DNA of 64,000 nucleotides from an uncultured bacterium (GCA_963777505.1 CAVZQN010000008.1:507679-571678); one strand, 5' to 3'; shown: positions 23,827 through 35,276, numbered from the stretch's first letter. Numbers and translations: made by a program. Notes: generated from the letters alone by a model not told the origin.

Positions 23827-24156
23827 ATGGCATCGCAGCAACGCACCACGGATTACATCGTCGAGCAGATTGCGACAGCGGGGAGCGTGTCTGCGCGCAA
23901 GATGTTCGGTGAGTACGGAATTTATTGCGACGGCAAGTTGGTGGCGCTCGTGTGCGACGACCAATTGTTCGTCAAGCCGACCAAGGCCGGTCGTGCGCAC
24001 ATCGGCAAGGTCCGTGAAGCGCCGCCGTATCCGGGAGCCAAACCCTGCTTCCTCATTTCTGGCGATTTATGGGATGATGCTGACTGGATGGCAAAGCTTG
24101 TCAGGATCTCGGCGGCGGAACTGCCCGCACCGGTCAAGAAGCGCAAGGCAAAATAA
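23827..24156 (+). CDS. TfoX/Sxy N-terminal domain protein
   Basis: VSARKMFGEYGIYCDGKLVALVCDDQLFVKPT...PPYPGAKP. Confidence 0.88.
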   Translation: MASQQRTTDYIVEQIATAGSVSARKMFGEYGIYCDGKLVALVCDDQLFVKPTKAGRAHIGKVREAPPYPGAKPCFLISGDLWDDADWMAKLVRISAAELPAPVKKRKAK

Positions 24157-24468
24157 CATTCGCAGGCTCAAATGGTGCGCGATCGGCCGGCAGGCAATCA
24201 GCAGGCGATCCTGTTCGGCTTCGGTGACCCGCTATGCCAACCAGGTGCACCGGGACGGCGCCAGGGATACGGTCGCGGTACTGCTGATCGTCGGCGATGG
24301 CCCGGTCACCTCCTCGCCGTTCGCACCTCCATCGAAGTAATGGCCGCGGTTTTCAGGCTGTTCGTGTATGCTGCGGGCAGCCTGTTACCTGCGTGGCGGG
24401 CAGGTGTCTGGCGTCGTCGATAAGGTCTGCGCGCTGGACGGCGCACGGGTTTCGAAAGAGGCAGAATC

Positions 24469-26162
24469 ATGCAAAAGGCGGCCAGTTACGTCAGCGGAAC
24501 ATCGGATGCGCCGCTGCTCGGCATGACGATCGGAGAGGCGCTCGATCGGGCGCGGCTGCAGTGGGGCGAGCGCGAAGCGCTGGTGTCGCCGAGTCACGGC
24601 GTGCGGCTGAGCTGGCGCGAGTTCGCCGACCAGGTCGATGCGGTTGCGGCGGGCTTTCTCGCGCTCGGCCTCGAGCGTGGCGACCGCATCGGCATCTGGT
24701 CGCTGAACCGGCCGGAATGGACGCTGACGCAGTTCGCCGCCGCCAAGGCCGGGCTGATCCTGGTGACGATCAATCCGGCCTACCGCCTGAACGAACTGGA
24801 GTTCGCGCTCGCCAAGGTCGGCTGCAGCGCGCTGGTCACGGCGACCGCGTTCAAGACCAGCAACTACATGGAGATGATCAACACGCTTGCGCCGGAACTG
24901 GCGCGCTGCGCGCCGGGCGAACTCAAGGCGGCAAAGCTGCCGAAGCTCCGCACCGTCATCCAGATCGGCGGGCCGAAGCAGCCCGGCACGATCGCCTTCG
25001 AGGACGTGGCGGGCATGGGGCGTGATCGCCATCGCGAGATGCTGGCCGGCTTGTCGAAGAGCCTGCAGTTCGACGATCCGATCAACATCCAGTTCACCAG
25101 CGGCACCACCGGCTCGCCGAAGGGCGTGACGCTGACGCACCACAACATTCTCAACAACGGCTATTTCGTCGGCCGCGCCATGGCGCTGACCGAACGCGAC
25201 CGGATGTGCATCCCGGTGCCGCTCTATCACTGCTTCGGCATGGTGATGGGCAACCTCACGGCCGTGACGCATGGCTGCAGCGATGGTCTTTCCCGGCGAG
25301 GGCTTCGATCCGCTGGTGACGCTGACGACGATCGAGCAGGAGAAGTGCACGACGCTCTATGGCGTGCCGACGATGTTCATCGCCGAACTGGAGCATCCGG
25401 AGTTTTCGCGCTTCAACCTGTCGTCGCTGCGCACCGGCATCATGGCCGGCGCGCCGTGCCCGATCGAGGTGATGCGGCGGGTGATCGACAAGATGAACAT
25501 GCGCGACGTGACGATCGCCTACGGCATGACCGAGACCAGTCCGGTCAGCTTCCAGACCGGCATGAGCGACTACGGTGGAACGGCGCGTGTCGACGGTCGG
25601 CCGCGTTCATCCGCACATCGAGGTGAAGGTCGTCGATCTCGAGGGCAAGGTCGTGCCGCGCGGCGAGACCGGTGAACTGTGCACGCGCGGCTACAGCGTC
25701 ATGCTGGGCTACTGGGACGAACCGCAGAAGACCGCCGAGGTGCTGGACGACGGCGGCTGGATGCACACCGGCGATCTCGCCACCATCGACGACGAGGGCT
25801 ACGGCAACATCGTCGGCCGCATCAAGGACATGGTGATCCGCGGCGGCGAGAACCTCTATCCGCGCGAGATCGAGGAGTATCTCTACAAGCATCCGAAGGT
25901 CCAGGACGCCCAGGTGTTCGGCGTCGCCGACGACCGCTATGGCGAGGAGCTGTGCGCCTGGATTCGCGTCAAGCCCGGCGAGACGCTGACCGCGGAGGAG
26001 GTGCGTGCCTTCTGCCAGGGACAGATCGCCCACAACAAGATCCCGCGCTACATCGAGTTCGTCGCCGAGTTTCCGATGACCGTGACCGGCAAGGTGCAGA
26101 AGTTCATCATGCGCGACGTGGTCGAGCAGAAGCTCGGGCTGAAGCGGGCGAAGACGGCCTGA
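24469..26162 (+). CDS. AMP-binding acyl-CoA synthetase (frameshifted)
   Basis: [46 protein letters not shown] and TGKVQKF. Confidence 0.92.
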
Positions 26163-26249
26163 GCTGGCAAAGCGGTTTGCCTGCCGGCTTGCATCGCCGG
26201 CGCGCAAATGATTTCTTCTCCGAAACAACTGGAGTTTGGGGGAGATGTC

Positions 26250-27174
26250 ATGGACAGGCCGTTTGTCGTTCACGATCCGCGATTTGGCGCACTTGTCGTC
26301 GGCCATGGGCTGCTGGACAAGCTCCATACCGGCATGCGCTGGGCCGAGGGGCCGGCGTACTTTCCGGCCGGCCGCTATCTTGTCTGGTCGGACATTCCGA
26401 ACGACCGGCTGATGCGGTTCGACGAGACCGACGGCTCGGTGTCGGTATTTCGCGAGCCGTGCAACAACGCCAATGGCAACACCACCGATCACGAAGGCCG
26501 GCTCGTCACCTGCGAGCATCGCGGACGCCGTGTGACGCGCACCGAGCATGACGGCTCGATCACCGTGCTGGCCGACCGCTTCGAGGGCAAGAAGCTGAAC
26601 TCGCCGAACGACCTGGTGATCAAGTCGGATCGCTCGATCTGGTTCACCGATCCGACCTACGGCATCGACAGCGACTACGAGGGCGACAAGGCCGAATCCG
26701 AGATCGGCGCGTCGAACGTCTATCGCATCGATCCGAACAGCGGGGCGGTGACCCTGGTCATCAGCGACCGGATCAAGCCGAACGGCCTCGCGTTCTCGCC
26801 CGACGAGAAGATTCTCTATGTCGCCGACACCGGCGGCTCGCACGTGCCGGGGCTGCAAGCGGACGATGCACGCCTATGACGTCAATGCCGACGGCGTCTC
26901 GGTGAGCAACGGGCGGCTGTTTGCGACCTGTCCGGAAGGCGGCTTCGACGGCTTTCGCTGCGACACCGCCGGCAATGTCTGGACCTCGGCCGGCCGCAAT
27001 GTGTTCTGCTATGCGCCGGACGGCACGCACATCGGCACGATTCCGATCGGCGAACTCGTCGCCAATGTCTGCTTCGGCGGCCCGAAGCGTAACCGTCTCT
27101 ATATCTGCGGGCAGACATCGCTCTATGCGATCTACACCAAGGCGCGGGGAATTCTGACCGAAAACTCAGTGTGA
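26250..27174 (+). CDS. SMP-30/gluconolactonase family protein (frameshifted)
   Basis: WAEGPAY, NSPNDLV, WFTDPTYG, PNGLAFSPDE, DGFRCD and NVCFGGP. Confidence 0.9.
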
Positions 27175-27283
27175 TGCGCCGCACGCCGGCAGTTCGGGCG
27201 CGGCAATGCCGTTGAACCATTCCGCATGGCGGCGAACTAAACCCTGAACACGGCCGGTGGCCGCAACCATTCAGGGCCTCGCC

Positions 27284-27718
27284 ATGCGCTTCTTCCTCGC
27301 TACCGCCGCCATTATCATCGCTGTGACCGCCGCCCAGGCGCAGGGTGCCGCTGCGCGCGTCCGCGCGACGATCAGGCGGTCCAGAGCCTCGTCGAAAAAC
27401 TGAAAGCCACGCGCGAACGTCAAGAGCGATGCAAAGCCGGCGGAGTCGGCGCCGGCCGAGGCGAAGCCGGTCGAGACGAAGCCTGACGAAGCCAAACCGG
27501 CAGAGATCAAGCCGGTCGCGGCCAAGCCTGCGGTGATCGAGACGAAGCCGGCTGAAACCAAGGCGGTCGAGACAAAGCCGGTCGAAGCGAAGCCGGTTCA
27601 GACCGTGACCGAAACGAAGCCGGAGAAGAAGCCCGTCGTCGTCAAGAGCCGCGAGACCCGCGAGCAGACCGCGCGCCGGATCGCCGAGAAGTACGGCTTC
27701 AACCTCGATATCGACTGA
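27284..27718 (+). CDS. secreted protein with Lys/Pro-rich pentapeptide repeats (frameshifted)
   Basis: Signal peptide MRFFLATAAIIIAVTAAQA, tandem [AV]E[TA]KP repeats and the C-terminus RETREQTARRIAEKYG. Confidence 0.65.
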
Positions 27719-27739
27719 TCAGCAAAAAATCCGCAGCAT

Positions 27740-27853
27740 GTCGTCCCTGCGAAAGCGGGGTACGCCGTGTCGCCCATGAAGCAGTCGGTCGTTGTTGCCA
27801 TTCCAACCATGACTTCTGTGGCGTATGGATGCCCTGCTTTCGCGGGATGACGA
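27740..27853. repeat. CGTC-type REP dimer / long hairpin between convergent genes
   Basis: TCGTCCCTGCGAAAGCGGGG..TACGCC pairs with GGCGTA..GCCCTGCTTTCGCGGGATGACGA. Confidence 0.7.
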
Positions 27854-27866
27854 GTAGAGGCCGCAG

Positions 27867-28828
27867 CTATCGGTGTTCGTTCTTCAGGAACGAAATCAGC
27901 GCGGCGTTGACCTCGTCCGGCCGCTCCTGCTGGGTCCAGTGTCCGCAGCCCTCCAGGATGATGGTCTCGCGCAGCTGCGGGATGTGTTCCTTCAATTGCG
28001 GGATCAACTGGTCCATGCCGGGAAACCGGTAGACCAGGTCGTGATCGCCGACCACGTAGAGCGCCGGCACGCTGATCTTCGCTCCGGCCCATGGCGCGAG
28101 CAGCTGCCAGTTGCGGTCGATGTTGCGATACCAGTTCAGTCCGCCGCGAAAGCCGGCGCGCGTGAACTCTTCCGCGTAGGTGTCGATGTCCGCCTGCGTG
28201 AGCCAGGGCGGCAGGCTTTCCGGGGCCGCTCGCGACGCGAGCCAGCCGCCGGCGCGCGGCACCATGCCGGCGCCTTCGGAGGCTCCCGAGCCTCCAACCC
28301 CGATCAGAAGCTTCATGATCGTGCCCCTGACGTCGCCTTCGAATTCGCGCTCGGCGACGCCAGGCTCCTGAAAGTAGAGCTGGTAGAAGATCGCGTTGTC
28401 GGTCTGCGGCATCACGCTGGTCGGCTGCACCGGGCGCGCGCGGACGGTGACGGGACGCTCAGCGCAGCGACCGCCTTGAAGATGTCCGGGCGCAGCAGTG
28501 CGCAATGCCAGGCGACCGGCGCGCCCCAGTCGTGGCCGACGACGGCGGCCTCGGTGCGTCCCAGCGCGGACACCGCGCCGACGATGTCGCCGACCAGATG
28601 CAGCAGCGTGTATTGATCGATGTCGTGCGGCTTGTCGGTCTTGCCGTAGCCGCGCATGTCCGGCGCAACGGCATGGTATCCGGCCTCGGCCAGCGCCGTC
28701 AGCTGATGCCGCCACGAGTACCAGGACTCGGGCCAGCCGTGGCACAGCAGCACCAGCGGCCCGGAGCCGGCCTCGGCGATGTGCATGGAAATGCCGTTGG
28801 TCTCGATCGTGCGATGGGAGATGGTCAT
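27867..28828 (-). CDS. epoxide hydrolase-like alpha/beta hydrolase (frameshifted)
   Basis: LCHGWPESWYSWRHQ, APDMRGYG, VGHDWGA, LNWYRN and GHWTQQE. Confidence 0.9.
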
Positions 28829-29359
28829 CCTGACGTATCCTTCCAGTGCGCGTCGAGCCGCTGCAGGATTTCTTCTACGATTCCATCGATGCTCTTTTCG
28901 ACGCCGGCGATCAAGGCATGCTCGCTCGTGTCGGGCTCTTCCAGTGCGGCGAACTGGCTGTCGAGCAGGCTGGCCGGAAAGTAGTGACCCTTGCGCTCGT
29001 TCAGGCGGCTCATGATCAGTTCGCGGCTGCCCTGCAGATAGACGACGAGCACGTCGCGATGCTCGCCGACCAGCGCCTTGCGGTAGGCGCGCTTCAGCGC
29101 CGAGCAGGCGATGACGACGTGCTCGCCCGCGGGACGCCTGCCGGTCGATCTCGGCGGCGAGGCGCGTCGAACCAGGGCCAGCGGTCGTCGTCGGTCAGCG
29201 GCGTGCCGCTGCGCATCTTCTCCACATTGCTTGCGGGATGAAATGCATCGCCGTCGATGAACTCCCAGCCGAGCCTTTGCGCCAGCACTTCGGCGACCGT
29301 GGTCTTGCCGACGCCGGAAACGCCCATGACGATGATGGCGTGCAGCGCGCAGGCGGCAT
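28825..29359 (-). CDS. gntK: gluconokinase (GntK/IdnK type; frameshifted)
   Basis: IVMGVSGVGKTT, DGDAFHP, PLTDDDRWPW, ACSALKRAYR and LLDSQFAALEEP. Confidence 0.88.
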
Positions 29360-30345
29360 TACGGCTTCCCGGGCTCCTTGTGGCCGCCGAAGCCGTCGCG
29401 CATCGCGGAGAGGATCTTCTCCGCAAAGGTGTGCGACTGCCGCGAGCGGAAGCGCGCATAGAGCGCCGCCGTCAGCACCTCGGCCGGCACCGCCTCGTCC
29501 ACCGCGGCGTTGACGGTCCAGCGGCCTTCGCCGGAGTCCTCGACATGGCCCGAATAGCCGTCGAGCGTGCCGTTGCGCGCCAGCGCCTGCGCGGTGAGAT
29601 CGAGCAGCCAGGAGGGGATGACGCTGCCGCGCCGCCAGACCTCGGCGACGTCGGCGACGTCGAGGTCGAGCCGGTGTTCCTCGGGCAGCGCCTTGCTGTT
29701 GGCGTTCTTCAGAATGTCGAAGCCTTCGGCATAGGCCTGCATCAGACCGTACTCGATGCCGTTGTGGATCATCTTGACGAAGTGGCCGGCGCCGTTCGGC
29801 CCGGCGTGGATGTAGCCCTGTTCGACACGCGGGTCGCGCGCTCTCGCGGCCGAGCGTAGCGCGGAATGTCGCCGCGGCCCGGCGCCAGCGCCGCAAACAG
29901 CGGATCGAGCCGGTCCACCACCGCCTTGTCGCCGCCGATCATCAGGCAATAGCCGCGCGTCAGTCCCCAGACGCCGCCCGATGTGCCGACGTCGAGATAG
30001 TGGATGCCTTTTTCGCGCAATGCCTTCGCGCGACGGATGTCGTCCTGCCAGAAGGTGTTGCCGCCGTCGATGATGACGTCGCCAGCGGAGAGCAGGGAAG
30101 CCAGTTCGCCGATCGTCTCCTCGGTGATCTTGCCCGCCGGCAACATCACCCACACCGTGCGCGGCGCCGCAAGCTGTGCGACGAACCCGGCCAGCGTCGT
30201 GCTGCCGGCTGCGCCCTCGGCCTTGAGCGCAGACACCGCGTCGGCGCTCTTGTCGTAAGACCACGGCCTGAAAGCTGCCGGTCGCCGTCAGCCGCCGGAC
30301 GATGTTGGCGCCCATGCGCCCCAAGCCAACCATGCCGATCTGCAT
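29359..30345 (-). CDS. gnd: 6-phosphogluconate dehydrogenase, decarboxylating, short form (frameshifted)
   Basis: [37 protein letters not shown] and DSGEGRW. Confidence 0.9.
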   Translation of the reverse strand: MQIGMVGLGRMGANIVRRLTATGSFQAVVLRQERRRGVCAQGRGRSRQHDAGRVRRTACGAAHGVGDVAGGQDHRGDDRRTGFPALRWRRHHRRRQHLLAGRHPSREGIARKRHPLSRRRHIGRRLGTDARLLPDDRRRQGGGGPARSAVCGAGAGPRRHSALRSAARARDPRVEQGYIHAGPNGAGHFVKMIHNGIEYGLMQAYAEGFDILKNANSKALPEEHRLDLDVADVAEVWRRGSVIPSWLLDLTAQALARNGTLDGYSGHVEDSGEGRWTVNAAVDEAVPAEVLTAALYARFRSRQSHTFAEKILSAMRDGFGGHKEPGKP

Positions 30346-30494
30346 TCTTATGCACCCTCTGTCCAGCGCGCGTTGTCGCTGACATTATCGTCCATTCCTC
30401 ATCCGTTTTGAAACGAAGAAGATTGCCTTATGTCACAGGGCAAAAGGCGAGCTGATCAAGGAAATCGCAGCCACTGGCGAACGGGTTCGACCTG

Positions 30495-31487
30495 CTACTG
30501 CGAGCCTTCCAGTCCGAGGTCCTTCACGACCGTGCTCCACTTCGCGCGTTCTGCGCGGATGTAGCGGGTGATCTCGTCGATCGGCGCGGTGTCGACCGGC
30601 AGCAGTCCGGTCGCCGCGAGCCTTTCCTTGAAGGCCTTGTCGCCGGTGATCCGTTTCATCTCCGCATGTAGCCGGTCGACGATTTCCCGCGGGGTGCTCG
30701 CGGGTGCGACCAGCACATGCCAGGAAACGGCTTCGTAGCCGGTGAGGCCGGTTGCCTCAGCCAGCGTCGGCACCGCGGGCAGGCTGGGCAGGCGTTCCAG
30801 TGACGTCACGGCAAGCGCCTTGAGACGGCCCTCACGGATCAGTGCCAGCGATGCACCCATTTCGGCGATCGAGGCATGGACATGACCGCCGACGACATCG
30901 GTGATCGCTTGCGGTGACGACCGGTAGGCGACATGCGTGGCCTCGAAGCCGAACCGGCGCTTCAGGGCTTCCATCGTCAGGTGCTGAAGCAGGCCCGCAC
31001 CGGGCGTGCTGTAGTTGAGCGGGCTCGCAGCTTTATCCTTTGCGCGCTTCATGAATGCCTCGACACTGTCGAAGCCGGCGTCCGCATTGACTACGAGTAC
31101 AAACGGAGACTTGGCGTAGAGTGCGATCGGCACGAAATCCGCATCAGGGTCGTAGGCAATCTTCTTGTAGAGAGTTTGGTTGACCGCCAGCGGCGCAATG
31201 GCCGCGACCAGCAGCGTGTGTCCGTCGCCGGTGGCGCGCGCGACTGAAGCCGCGGCCGTCATCATGGCGGCGCCGGGCTGGTTTTCGATGACAACCGGCT
31301 TGCCGAGGCTCTTCGCGAGCTCGTCGCCATAGATGCGTGCCACCGCATCCATGCCGGTCCCGGCCGCAAGCGGCACGACGATCGTGATGTTCCTTGAGGG
31401 ATAGGCCTGTGCTTGAGTCGCGTCCGGCGCGGCAAACTGAAGAAGCAGCCCTAGCGTCAGGGCGGCGGCGAGCGTTCGAACCGGCAT
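30495..31487 (-). CDS. tripartite tricarboxylate transporter substrate-binding protein (Bug/TctC)
   Basis: Signal peptide, YPSRNITIVVPLAAGTGMD, ENQPGA and LPAVPTLAE. Confidence 0.9.
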   Translation of the reverse strand: MPVRTLAAALTLGLLLQFAAPDATQAQAYPSRNITIVVPLAAGTGMDAVARIYGDELAKSLGKPVVIENQPGAAMMTAAASVARATGDGHTLLVAAIAPLAVNQTLYKKIAYDPDADFVPIALYAKSPFVLVVNADAGFDSVEAFMKRAKDKAASPLNYSTPGAGLLQHLTMEALKRRFGFEATHVAYRSSPQAITDVVGGHVHASIAEMGASLALIREGRLKALAVTSLERLPSLPAVPTLAEATGLTGYEAVSWHVLVAPASTPREIVDRLHAEMKRITGDKAFKERLAATGLLPVDTAPIDEITRYIRAERAKWSTVVKDLGLEGSQ

Positions 31488-31572
31488 CGGCGTGGACTCC
31501 CGGACATCTGGATGGCGACAAGGTGACGACGCGATGGAAACGCGCCGCGACAGGCTTGTCAAATCCATCCAG

Positions 31573-32250
31573 CTATCGTCCGCCTGCGCCAACAATCAGC
31601 GCCGCCACCTCGCGCTGCCCCTTTGCCCTGGCGTGTGCCAGCGGTGAGACACCTTCCTTGTCGGCAATGTCGGGCCTGGCTCCGGCTGCGAGCACGAGCC
31701 TGGTGATCTCGACATGGCGAGGGCCGCCGTCACCGAGGATGACGATCTCCAGCAGGCAGGTCCAGCCGAGGTTGTTGATGTGATTGACGTCGATCTTCGT
31801 GGTCAGCAGCAGCCTGACAGTTTCCACATGCCCGCGCTCGCACGCCGGGATCAGGGCGTTGCCGCCGTAGCGGTTGCGCAGCGAAAAATCGGGACCCTTC
31901 GGGATCATGTGCCGCAGCATGTCCGTCCGGCCAAGCGCGCCGGCGAGCAGCCACGGGCTGTCCTGATTGGCGGCTTGTGCATTGATGCTGGCGCCGGCGT
32001 CGATGAGGACCTTTGCCGCATCCAGGTGATCGCGGGCGACCGCAATCAGCAAAGGCGTGCGGCGTGCGCCGTCGACGGGGTCGACCGGCGCACCAGCCGA
32101 GATGAGCTGGCGCAACGCTGCGACGTCGCCACGATCGGCCGCCTGCAGCATCGCCTGTGCCTGCGACGGTTGCTGGCCAAACCCGGGACTACCCAGCGAC
32201 ATGAGCAGCCCCAGCGCAGCAAACACTGTGCGCAAATTCATGATTGGCAT
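31573..32250 (-). CDS. exported ankyrin-repeat protein
   Basis: Signal peptide, then ankyrin repeats (TPLLIAV, SPWLLAG, NALIPACERG, TCLLEIV, SPLAHA). Confidence 0.88.
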   Translation of the reverse strand: MPIMNLRTVFAALGLLMSLGSPGFGQQPSQAQAMLQAADRGDVAALRQLISAGAPVDPVDGARRTPLLIAVARDHLDAAKVLIDAGASINAQAANQDSPWLLAGALGRTDMLRHMIPKGPDFSLRNRYGGNALIPACERGHVETVRLLLTTKIDVNHINNLGWTCLLEIVILGDGGPRHVEITRLVLAAGARPDIADKEGVSPLAHARAKGQREVAALIVGAGGR

Positions 32251-32252
32251 CC

Positions 32253-32678
32253 TCAGCCGTCTTGCGGCGGTCCGCCATCGTTCGCCTCCGGTCCAAACCG
32301 CATCCGCGCAACGCCCGCCTGCGCCAGCGCGCTGGCAGAGGGCGCAGGGACGCGACGTGGAGTAGATGATCGTGCCGTCGAGTCTCCGGTTGCCCGTCCG
32401 CTGCTGCGCATCCCACAGTGCGACGCGTTCGGCATGTGCATCGGCATTTCCATCGACGAAGACCCTGCTGGGGCCGTAGCCGACGATCTCGCTCTGACAA
32501 GCACTTCTCCATAGGGTTGATCCCCGCTGGCAATTGCCTGTTGCCTGATGCGCTCTGCCTCCGCGACGAAGTGTGCATCCTGGCCCCTCATGCCCAAAGA
32601 TATCCGCGGCGCGATCAGCCATGCGGCGGCGCCGCTTGCCGCGGCGACGATCCTCCGGCGACTGGTGCGGCCGTTCAT
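32253..32678 (-). CDS. zinc-dependent nucleoside/nucleobase deaminase with Tat-like signal (frameshifted)
   Basis: SRRRIVAAASGAAAWL leader, DQPYG, AHAERVA and YSTSRPCALC (HAE...PCxxC). Confidence 0.8.
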   Translation of the reverse strand: MNGRTSRRRIVAAASGAAAWLIAPRISLGMRGQDAHFVAEAERIRQQAIASGDQPYGEVLVRARSSATAPAGSSSMEMPMHMPNASHCGMRSSGRATGDSTARSSTPRRVPAPSASALAQAGVARMRFGPEANDGGPPQDG

Positions 32679-32819
32679 GCGTCTACTCCTGGGACCCGCA
32701 TCAGGGAAACTTAGTCGGAGTATCACGCCGGGTGATACCGCAGTGCAAGCGCTCGCGCTTGTGCCGGGGTCGCGCGTTTCGTAAAATCACCCATCAGCCA
32801 ACGTTCACAATCCGAGGAA

Positions 32820-34106
32820 ATGCCAATGAACATGCAGATTGCTCACACGCCGCGGCGCACCAGCTACGGGCTCACTCCCGGTGATGAAATGAACGATCTG
32901 CGCATGTCCGACCAGGTTCGGCCGCTTTATGATCATGTCCGCAGGTTCATCAAGGAGACGGTCGACCCGATGGCCGCCGAATTCGCGCGACTCGGGCGCG
33001 ACAAGACCGACCGCTGGAGCTTTGCGCCCGGACAACTTGAGATCCTGCAGAAGGCCAAGGACAAGGCGAAGACGGAAGGGCTGTGGAACTTCTTCCTGCC
33101 GGACGCGGAGACCGGCGAAGGCCTCAAGAACCTCGATTACGCCTACATCGCCGTCGAACTCGGCAAGAGCCCGATGGCGTCCGAGACCATGAATTGCGCC
33201 GCGCCCGATACCGGCAACATGGAGGTGCTGGAGCGGGTCGGAACCAAGGAGCAGAAAGAGAAGTGGCTGAAGCCGCTGCTCAATGGCGAAATTCGCTCCG
33301 CCTACGTCATGACCGAGCCGAATGTCGCTTCGTCGGACGCCAAGAACGTCTCGACCACGGCAAAGCTTGTCGGCGACGAGTACGTGATCAACGGTGAGAA
33401 GTACTATATCTCCGGCGCAGGCGATCCGCGCTGCAAGATCATGATCGTGATGGTGAAGACCAACCCGGACGCGCCGCCGAGCAAGCAGCAGTCGCAGATA
33501 CTCGTCCCCAAGGACACGCCTGGTGTCCATATCCTCGGGCCGATGCATGTGTTCGGACACGATCACGCGCCGCGCGGCCACATGCATATTCGCTTCGACA
33601 ATGTGCGGGTGCCGAAGGAGAACATGCTGCTGGGCGAGGGGCGTGGCTTCGAGATTTCACAGGTGCGGCTCGGCCCAGGCCGAATCCATCACTGCATGCG
33701 CACGATCGGCAAGGCGGAGAAGGCGCTCGACATGATGGTCACGCGTGGTCTCACGCGAGTTGCCTTCGGCAAGCAGATCGCCCATCTCGGCGGCAACCTG
33801 CAGATCATCGCGCAGGCGCGCTGCGAGATCGAGGCGATGCGGCTGATGGTGCTGAAGGCGGCCAAGGCGATGGACGTGCTCGGCAACAAGGAAGCGCGCG
33901 TCTGGGTCAGCATGGTCAAGGCGATGGTGCCGGAGCGGGCGTGCAAGATCATCGACCAGGCGATCCAGATGCACGGCGCCACCGGCATCTCGCAATGGAC
34001 CCCGCTGGCCGACCTCTACACCGACGTTCGCCACCTGCGCTTCGCCGATGGTCCGGATGAGGTGCACTGGATGGTGGTCGGCCGTCACGAACTGAGCATG
34101 ATGTGA
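32820..34106 (+). CDS. acyl-CoA dehydrogenase
   Basis: Intact ORF with NCAAPDTGNMEVL, MTEPNVASSDA, RLGPGRIHHCMR and RFADGPDEVH. Confidence 0.93.
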   Translation: MPMNMQIAHTPRRTSYGLTPGDEMNDLRMSDQVRPLYDHVRRFIKETVDPMAAEFARLGRDKTDRWSFAPGQLEILQKAKDKAKTEGLWNFFLPDAETGEGLKNLDYAYIAVELGKSPMASETMNCAAPDTGNMEVLERVGTKEQKEKWLKPLLNGEIRSAYVMTEPNVASSDAKNVSTTAKLVGDEYVINGEKYYISGAGDPRCKIMIVMVKTNPDAPPSKQQSQILVPKDTPGVHILGPMHVFGHDHAPRGHMHIRFDNVRVPKENMLLGEGRGFEISQVRLGPGRIHHCMRTIGKAEKALDMMVTRGLTRVAFGKQIAHLGGNLQIIAQARCEIEAMRLMVLKAAKAMDVLGNKEARVWVSMVKAMVPERACKIIDQAIQMHGATGISQWTPLADLYTDVRHLRFADGPDEVHWMVVGRHELSMM

Positions 34107-34268
34107 GACCTGGTCACCACGGAGTCTCATGAAATCTGCCCGGGTGCTCCTGCGGGAGCATCCGGCGCGCGATGTCCTTCGCAACGAGCACGATTGGTCT
34201 TTTCCGGCTTGCTGACGTAATGTTGCCGTCGGCTCGGTGGCTCCGGGCAACAGCATCGGGAGGGCGAG

Positions 34269-35276
34269 ATGACTGATTGGATGAGGCTCAATCGTCGTGA
34301 AATACTGAGTGGCGGTGCCGCGCTCGCTGCAACAGTGGCCCTGACGGGCGGGTCGCGCGATGCAGTTGCCAAGGCGCCCTTTGCCACCTCACAGTCGTCG
34401 TATTTCTATCGGTTCCCGCTCGGCAAGTTCCAGGCAACCGTAGTCTCGGATGGGCCGCTGCCGCTCGGCAAACCCTCGGATACGATGAAGGGGATGGCGG
34501 AAGCGGACATCAACAAGGCGCTCACCGACAACTTCCTCCCGACCGATAGTGTGGTGCTCGAACAGAACATTCTCGTGCTCAACACCGGAAACCGTCTCGT
34601 CATGTTCGACAGCGGCATGGGCTTCTCGAAGGCATTCGGCGCCACGACGGGGAAACTGCTGGCGAATCTTCGGCAGGCGGGGATCCAGCCGGGTCAGATC
34701 GACGATATCATCTGCACGCACGCCCATATCGATCACATCGGGGGTCTTGCGAGCGCCACGGGCCAGCGGTTGTTCCCCAATGCAACGATCCACATTTCCC
34801 AGTCCGACTATGATTTCTGGACCGACGAGCAAAAGCTTGCGGACAAGGACCTCGGCGCCTTCGTCAAGCACGCACGCGATAACCTTCTGCCCTACAAGGG
34901 GCGGATCGCATGGGTTTCGGACGGCAAACCAGTGCTGCCTGGAATCCAGGCGATGAGTGCGCCCGGTCACACCGTCGGGCATACGATCTACCTCATCGAG
35001 TTGGACAAGGCGCGTCTCGCCTTCACAGGCGACGTCTCGCATCATCAGATTCTGCTCACCGAGAAGCCGCGCACCGAGTTCGCCTATGACGGCGATCCGA
35101 AGCAGGCGGTACAGAGCCGGCTGCGCGTGTTCGACATGCTGGCGAACGATCGCATTCCGCTGCTCGCATTCCATTTCCCGTGGCCCGGCTACGGCAACCT
35201 GGCCAAGCAGGGCGAAGGCTTTCGCTACTTCCCGACGCCCATGACGATCGTGCGGATTCCGGCGAAGAAGTCCTAG
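34269..35276 (+). CDS. MBL-fold metallo-hydrolase with Tat signal
   Basis: NRREILSGGAAL, THAHIDHIGG, PGHTVGH and FHFPWPG. Confidence 0.9.
   Translation: MTDWMRLNRREILSGGAALAATVALTGGSRDAVAKAPFATSQSSYFYRFPLGKFQATVVSDGPLPLGKPSDTMKGMAEADINKALTDNFLPTDSVVLEQNILVLNTGNRLVMFDSGMGFSKAFGATTGKLLANLRQAGIQPGQIDDIICTHAHIDHIGGLASATGQRLFPNATIHISQSDYDFWTDEQKLADKDLGAFVKHARDNLLPYKGRIAWVSDGKPVLPGIQAMSAPGHTVGHTIYLIELDKARLAFTGDVSHHQILLTEKPRTEFAYDGDPKQAVQSRLRVFDMLANDRIPLLAFHFPWPGYGNLAKQGEGFRYFPTPMTIVRIPAKKS

Noticed and set aside
23827-24156. TfoX as evidence of a competence locus
   Set aside because: It is a stand-alone TfoX_N protein, which is common, and no competence genes are nearby.
24157-24468. Possible gene or ncRNA between tfoX and the acyl-CoA synthetase
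   Set aside because: No consistent reading frame, motif or recognisable RNA structure.
27430-27640. Possible CRISPR-like repeat array
   Set aside because: These are degenerate 15-bp coding repeats with no spacers, and there are no cas genes.
31573-32622. Apparent deaminase-ankyrin fusion protein (349 aa)
   Set aside because: The deaminase ends at its own stop (32253) in another frame, and the ankyrin gene has its own RBS, start and signal peptide.
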